Positions 60,385 to 64,000 of a DNA stretch of 64,000 bases are shown in pieces. The DNA comes from an uncultured Veillonella sp. (GTDB taxonomy: Bacteria; Bacillota; Negativicutes; Veillonellales; Veillonellaceae), in assembly GCA_963516605.1 (NCBI GenBank), contig CAUQBP010000010.1:2289-66288 (forward strand). Reading direction: 5' to 3'. Made by a program: the position numbers and the translations under genes. How positions within the stretch are numbered: position 1 is the stretch's first letter; every line of letters begins with the position of its first letter. The notes beneath the pieces are model-generated. The model ran no database searches. It was not told where the DNA came from and worked only from the letters and a program-made list of their open reading frames with translations.

Positions 60385-60457
60385 ACGTTCCTCCTTTCAT
60401 AACTATATAATCGTAGTTAGAAAGAAAAAAGTGAACCAATTTTTTACTATCTTTACT

Positions 60458-60486
60458 ATTATACCAATGAACCGCTATTTTGCCTA
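60458..60486 (-). promoter_or_regulatory. Promoter heading the bamA-lpx cluster
   Basis: TAGGCA-17 nt-TATAAT with TGn extension. Confidence 0.65.
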
Positions 60487-60631
60487 TTTTTTTCTACTAA
60501 CTTTCTATATAGTACCCTACTTTTTTAAAACTTCAATGAAGAATCTCTTTCAATACCATTCCATTTCACCACAGTTCGCCAGATATCTCAATCTATGCTA
60601 TACTTATTCATAGCATGTAAGGAGGTTCCTT

Positions 60632-61144
60632 ATGGACATACTAATTAATGTGGGGATTTCATTCCTTGTAGGCTTGATCTCCCTATTTCTTATACTCAAG
60701 ATTGAACCACATAGCCATCATGTGCTAAGCACATCTGGACGTATCAATCGCTTTCAATTTATCATAAGCATATTATTTTTATCTGCTACCATGCATATCT
60801 TTAATATGTTTATCCAACAACTGTTAAATGTAGTGGTCATTTTGCCAGCCTATTTTGCCATTAAAGCATTAGCCTATGCCGGTTATATTATATTGTTACC
60901 GTTCTACTATACCTTATACATCCGTCGTCTCAATGACATTGGATTGCCTGGTCGCTTTATCGGCATCTTGTTGGGCATGTATATTCTATGTACAAATCTA
61001 TACATCCCATTAAAAAATATATACATCTTACATCTTATTATCGTCTATATCCTTCATGGATTCCTAGCCTGTTTCCCTGGTTCTACCGGAAACAACCGCT
61101 ACGGTTCTCCTACACGTTGGCCAAGTAAAAGTAAGAAAGGATAG
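60632..61144 (+). CDS. DUF805-like inner membrane protein
   Basis: RBS AAGGAGG; GRINRFQF, IRRLNDIG, PGSTGNNRYG motifs. Confidence 0.8.
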   Translation: MDILINVGISFLVGLISLFLILKIEPHSHHVLSTSGRINRFQFIISILFLSATMHIFNMFIQQLLNVVVILPAYFAIKALAYAGYIILLPFYYTLYIRRLNDIGLPGRFIGILLGMYILCTNLYIPLKNIYILHLIIVYILHGFLACFPGSTGNNRYGSPTRWPSKSKKG

Positions 61145-61149
61145 TCACT

Positions 61150-61719
61150 ATGGGATTCTTCGATTGGTTCACTCAGACCCCAGACCATATCATAAGTTAT
61201 GCCCCTGGCGGTCATACATTGCAAGTTAAAATTACTTACAATACAGAAACAGGTCTTTTTACGTATCGTGGTCGCTATGGTACACGCGCTAAGTTTTATG
61301 ACAAAGATATCGACCATATCGACAACAAAGAGGTGAGTCGCACCCATCGTGTCTTGCTCATTCAAGGTAAGGATACTTGTCTCGCCACCCTCGATGTTCT
61401 CACCAACTTAGTCAATGAAAATTTACAAGCATGGATTGAATCTCGTGGCGCTGTAGCTTATGATTATGACCAACAACAACGGGGATTATGGGTAAATACT
61501 GCCGCTGTGAAAGCCGCCATCGATGCAGGTCCTCCAGTGGAAACTACTACCATTGAAATTGAGGGTACCTCAGATGATGCCGCTAGTACGTCCGTTCCTA
61601 CACCAACAGAGGATGACCCCATTCTTCGTATCAAACAATTAAAAGAACTCCTTGATATAGGGGCCATTACCGACGAAGAATTTCAACAGAAGAAAGAAGA
61701 ATTACTCAATAAAATCTAA
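61150..61719 (+). CDS. SHOCT domain-containing protein
   Basis: C-terminal IKQLKELLDIGAITDEEFQQKKEELL. Confidence 0.8.
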   Translation: MGFFDWFTQTPDHIISYAPGGHTLQVKITYNTETGLFTYRGRYGTRAKFYDKDIDHIDNKEVSRTHRVLLIQGKDTCLATLDVLTNLVNENLQAWIESRGAVAYDYDQQQRGLWVNTAAVKAAIDAGPPVETTTIEIEGTSDDAASTSVPTPTEDDPILRIKQLKELLDIGAITDEEFQQKKEELLNKI

Positions 61720-61724
61720 ATACT

Positions 61725-61770
61725 AAAAGGACTGTTTCCAGTGTCTCTTTCACTGGAACAGTCCTTTGTT
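61725..61770. terminator. Bidirectional terminator between convergent SHOCT gene and pyrD
   Basis: AAAGGACTGTTTCCAGTG-loop-CACTGGAACAGTCCTTT. Confidence 0.8.
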
Positions 61771-61797
61771 ATGTATAGTGTAATATTCTCTTCTCTT

Positions 61798-62724
61798 TTA
61801 CGGCATAATAATGCCACCAACTAAATTCGATACATGATCGATGTGTTGGCTTTCACAATAAGCGCTCATTTCATTAGCGATAATGCCAATAGCTCGTGGA
61901 TCTACCATCGTTGCCGTCCCCACAGACACGATATCAGCTCCTACTAGCATAAATTCTAAAGCATCTTCACCAGTCATGATGCCACCGCCCCCCATGATTG
62001 GGATTTCAATAGCTTGTGCCACTTGATGTGTTAAGCGCAATGCCACTGGTTTTACAGCCGGACCAGATAAACCTCCATAGATATTCCCCAATAATGGCTT
62101 ACGAGTCCGTAAATCTACAGACATTCCTAATAGGGTATTAATCATACTGATACCATCTGCACCTGCCGCTTCTACAGCACGAGCAATCTCTACGATGTCT
62201 GTTACATTAGGCGATAATTTCATAATCACTGGCAAATCTGTATGCCCTTTTACCGCTTTACATACAGCAGCCGCACTCTCCGCCTGCACACCAAATGCCA
62301 TACCTCCGCATTTTACATTAGGACAACTAATGTTGACCTCTAAAGCTGCTACACCTTCGACGGTCAATGTTTTTGCCATATATTCGTACTCTTCCAGTGT
62401 GTTACCAGAGATATTAGCAAAAATTGGCACATCATATTGTTTTAAATTTGGCAATATATCTGCTACGAATGCTTCTGCTCCTGGATTTTCTAATCCGATA
62501 CAGTTCAACACCCCAGATGGTGTTTCAGCGATACGTACACCAACATTACCAGGTCGAGGAGTAGGTGTTAAACCTTTTACAGAAATCGCCCCTACCTCTG
62601 TATTGAGGTCTAAGTAACCATCGTATTCCAATCCGAACCCAAAGGTGCCCGATGCTGCTACGATAGGATTTTTCATAGAGATACCACAGAACTCCACTGC
62701 TAATTTAGGATCTACAGTAGCCAT
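61798..62724 (-). CDS. pyrD: Dihydroorotate dehydrogenase 1B catalytic subunit
   Basis: ASGTFG, NISCPNV, KLSPNV, INTL, GGLSG. Confidence 0.96.
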   Translation of the reverse strand: MATVDPKLAVEFCGISMKNPIVAASGTFGFGLEYDGYLDLNTEVGAISVKGLTPTPRPGNVGVRIAETPSGVLNCIGLENPGAEAFVADILPNLKQYDVPIFANISGNTLEEYEYMAKTLTVEGVAALEVNISCPNVKCGGMAFGVQAESAAAVCKAVKGHTDLPVIMKLSPNVTDIVEIARAVEAAGADGISMINTLLGMSVDLRTRKPLLGNIYGGLSGPAVKPVALRLTHQVAQAIEIPIMGGGGIMTGEDALEFMLVGADIVSVGTATMVDPRAIGIIANEMSAYCESQHIDHVSNLVGGIIMP

Positions 62725-63491
62725 CAGTAAAACACCTCCTCAGCAGGGAATACAGGACCATCTTTACACACTTTATATCGTGTGCCACTTTTACCTTGGC
62801 ATGCACAGCCTACGCAACCACCAGTACCACAACCCATGCGTTCCTCTAAGGACACTTGGCAAGGCACTCCCATTTGTTGAGCTACAGCGGCTACCCCTTT
62901 CATCATTGGTGTAGGACCACATGTCAAGACCGCATCAAACTGCTCTTCTTTCATAAGCATTTCCATCACAGTCGTAGGATATCCTTTGGTACCCAATGAG
63001 CCATCATCTGTGGTGATGTGTACAGTCACAGGAGTATCTTTAAACAAATCAGCCCAAAACGATTCACTTGCATTGCGGAATCCTAATATCACATGAGCCT
63101 CTTGACCTGATTGTAACCGATCAGCGATACATAGCATAGGCGCAATTCCAACACCACCACCCACTAGTAACATGTGGTCAGCAGTGGTAAAAGGTTGACC
63201 TAATGGTCCCAAACAATCCAAGGTATCCCCTTCTCGTAATTGGGTCATAATCTCTGTACCTTTACCTACCACACGATACAATAAGTCGATGGTACCTGCT
63301 TTGGCATCAAAGCCAGCATAACTGATAGGTCGGCGCAACAAGGGAGCTGTCCCCCCTGTAACGCGAACATTGCAAAACTGTCCTAGTTGTGCCTCTTTTG
63401 CTTGTTTTGGTGCATATACGGATACTCTCCATACATCACTGCCTATTTGGGTGTTATGAATCACTCGACCCATTTCTACATATCCACTCAT
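62724..63491 (-). CDS. pyrK: Dihydroorotate dehydrogenase electron transfer subunit
   Basis: LRRPIS, GGGVGIAP, CGP, MGCGTGGCVGC...VCKDGPVF. Confidence 0.95.
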   Translation of the reverse strand: MSGYVEMGRVIHNTQIGSDVWRVSVYAPKQAKEAQLGQFCNVRVTGGTAPLLRRPISYAGFDAKAGTIDLLYRVVGKGTEIMTQLREGDTLDCLGPLGQPFTTADHMLLVGGGVGIAPMLCIADRLQSGQEAHVILGFRNASESFWADLFKDTPVTVHITTDDGSLGTKGYPTTVMEMLMKEEQFDAVLTCGPTPMMKGVAAVAQQMGVPCQVSLEERMGCGTGGCVGCACQGKSGTRYKVCKDGPVFPAEEVFY

Positions 63492-63497
63492 GTATGA

Positions 63498-64000
63498 TTA
63501 CTCCATTTCATAATCTTGAACAGCATCTACTGTAATTACATCACCTGCAGTAGCGCGACTCGCTACTACATGTAACACTTCACGAGCTGTATCCAAGGAT
63601 GTCAAGCATGGTACACCCATTTCTACAGCCAAACGACGCAATTGGAATCCTTCACGCTCTGGTTTTTTACCATAGGTTAATGTATTCAGCATCAAATCCA
63701 CCTTACCTTCACGAATGAAGTCAGCGCAGTTTGGATTACCTTCAGAAATTTTATTTACTACAGTGCAATCCACGCCATGTTCTGTGAAGTAACGACCTGT
63801 ACCACCAGTAGCCATAATATGGTATCCCAAATCGATAAAGCCTTTTGCTAAACGAGCTGCTTCTTCTTTATCACGGTCTGCTACAGTCATCAAGATATTA
63901 CCTTTATCTGGAATGCGCATATTTGCACCATGGATGGCTTTGAATAAAGCATCTGCATAGGTGCGATCAATACCCATTACTTCCCCAGTGGATTTCATTT
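63498..64000 (-). CDS. carB: Carbamoyl-phosphate synthase large subunit, C-terminal part
   Basis: MKSTGEVMG and MGS-like domain (ATGGT, RRLAVE, CLTSLDTA); begins beyond the window. Confidence 0.95.
   Translation of the reverse strand, partial: MKSTGEVMGIDRTYADALFKAIHGANMRIPDKGNILMTVADRDKEEAARLAKGFIDLGYHIMATGGTGRYFTEHGVDCTVVNKISEGNPNCADFIREGKVDLMLNTLTYGKKPEREGFQLRRLAVEMGVPCLTSLDTAREVLHVVASRATAGDVITVDAVQDYEME

Noticed and set aside
1..64000. Mobile elements, prophage, tRNA or rRNA genes
   Set aside because: No transposase, integrase or phage genes and no tRNA/rRNA-like sequence seen; intergenic spaces are short.

Overview
64 kb of chromosome from a diderm Firmicute (Negativicutes, most consistent with Veillonella; this assignment is inferred from gene content). 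Almost all genes lie on the minus strand. In coordinate order: (1) a housekeeping/envelope block (trkH', trkA, cvfB-like, rsfS, LCP, yqeK, nadD, proA, proB, yhbY, obgE, S41 protease, M23 peptidase, ftsX, ftsE, split transketolase, csaB, DUF5693-like, DUF2993-like, prfB, secA); (2) a type II-A CRISPR-Cas locus with a 10-repeat array, csn2, cas2, cas1, a cas9 split by a frameshift near an A9 tract, and a divergent tracrRNA; (3) DedA/TVP38, aspartokinase, superoxide reductase-like, cobO, lepB, YitT, YqgF-like, DUF3084-like; (4) the large outer-membrane/LPS biogenesis cluster (lptF/G, lptB, lptA, lptC, kdsCDAB, lpxK, waaA, msbA, lpxB, lpxI, lpxA, fabZ, lpxC, two late acyltransferases, lpxD, three OmpH-like genes, an unknown POTRA-like/beta-strand protein, bamA); (5) DUF805-like and SHOCT genes and pyrD-pyrK-carB'. 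The most notable observations are the cas9 frameshift that detaches an AT-rich PAM-interacting region, signs of a swapped CRISPR module, a tracrRNA 5' extension with alternative folds, a prfB shift site reading CTT-TAA instead of CTT-TGA, and an uncharacterised POTRA-like/beta-strand protein next to bamA. All product calls come from motif recognition and gene order; no database searches were run.
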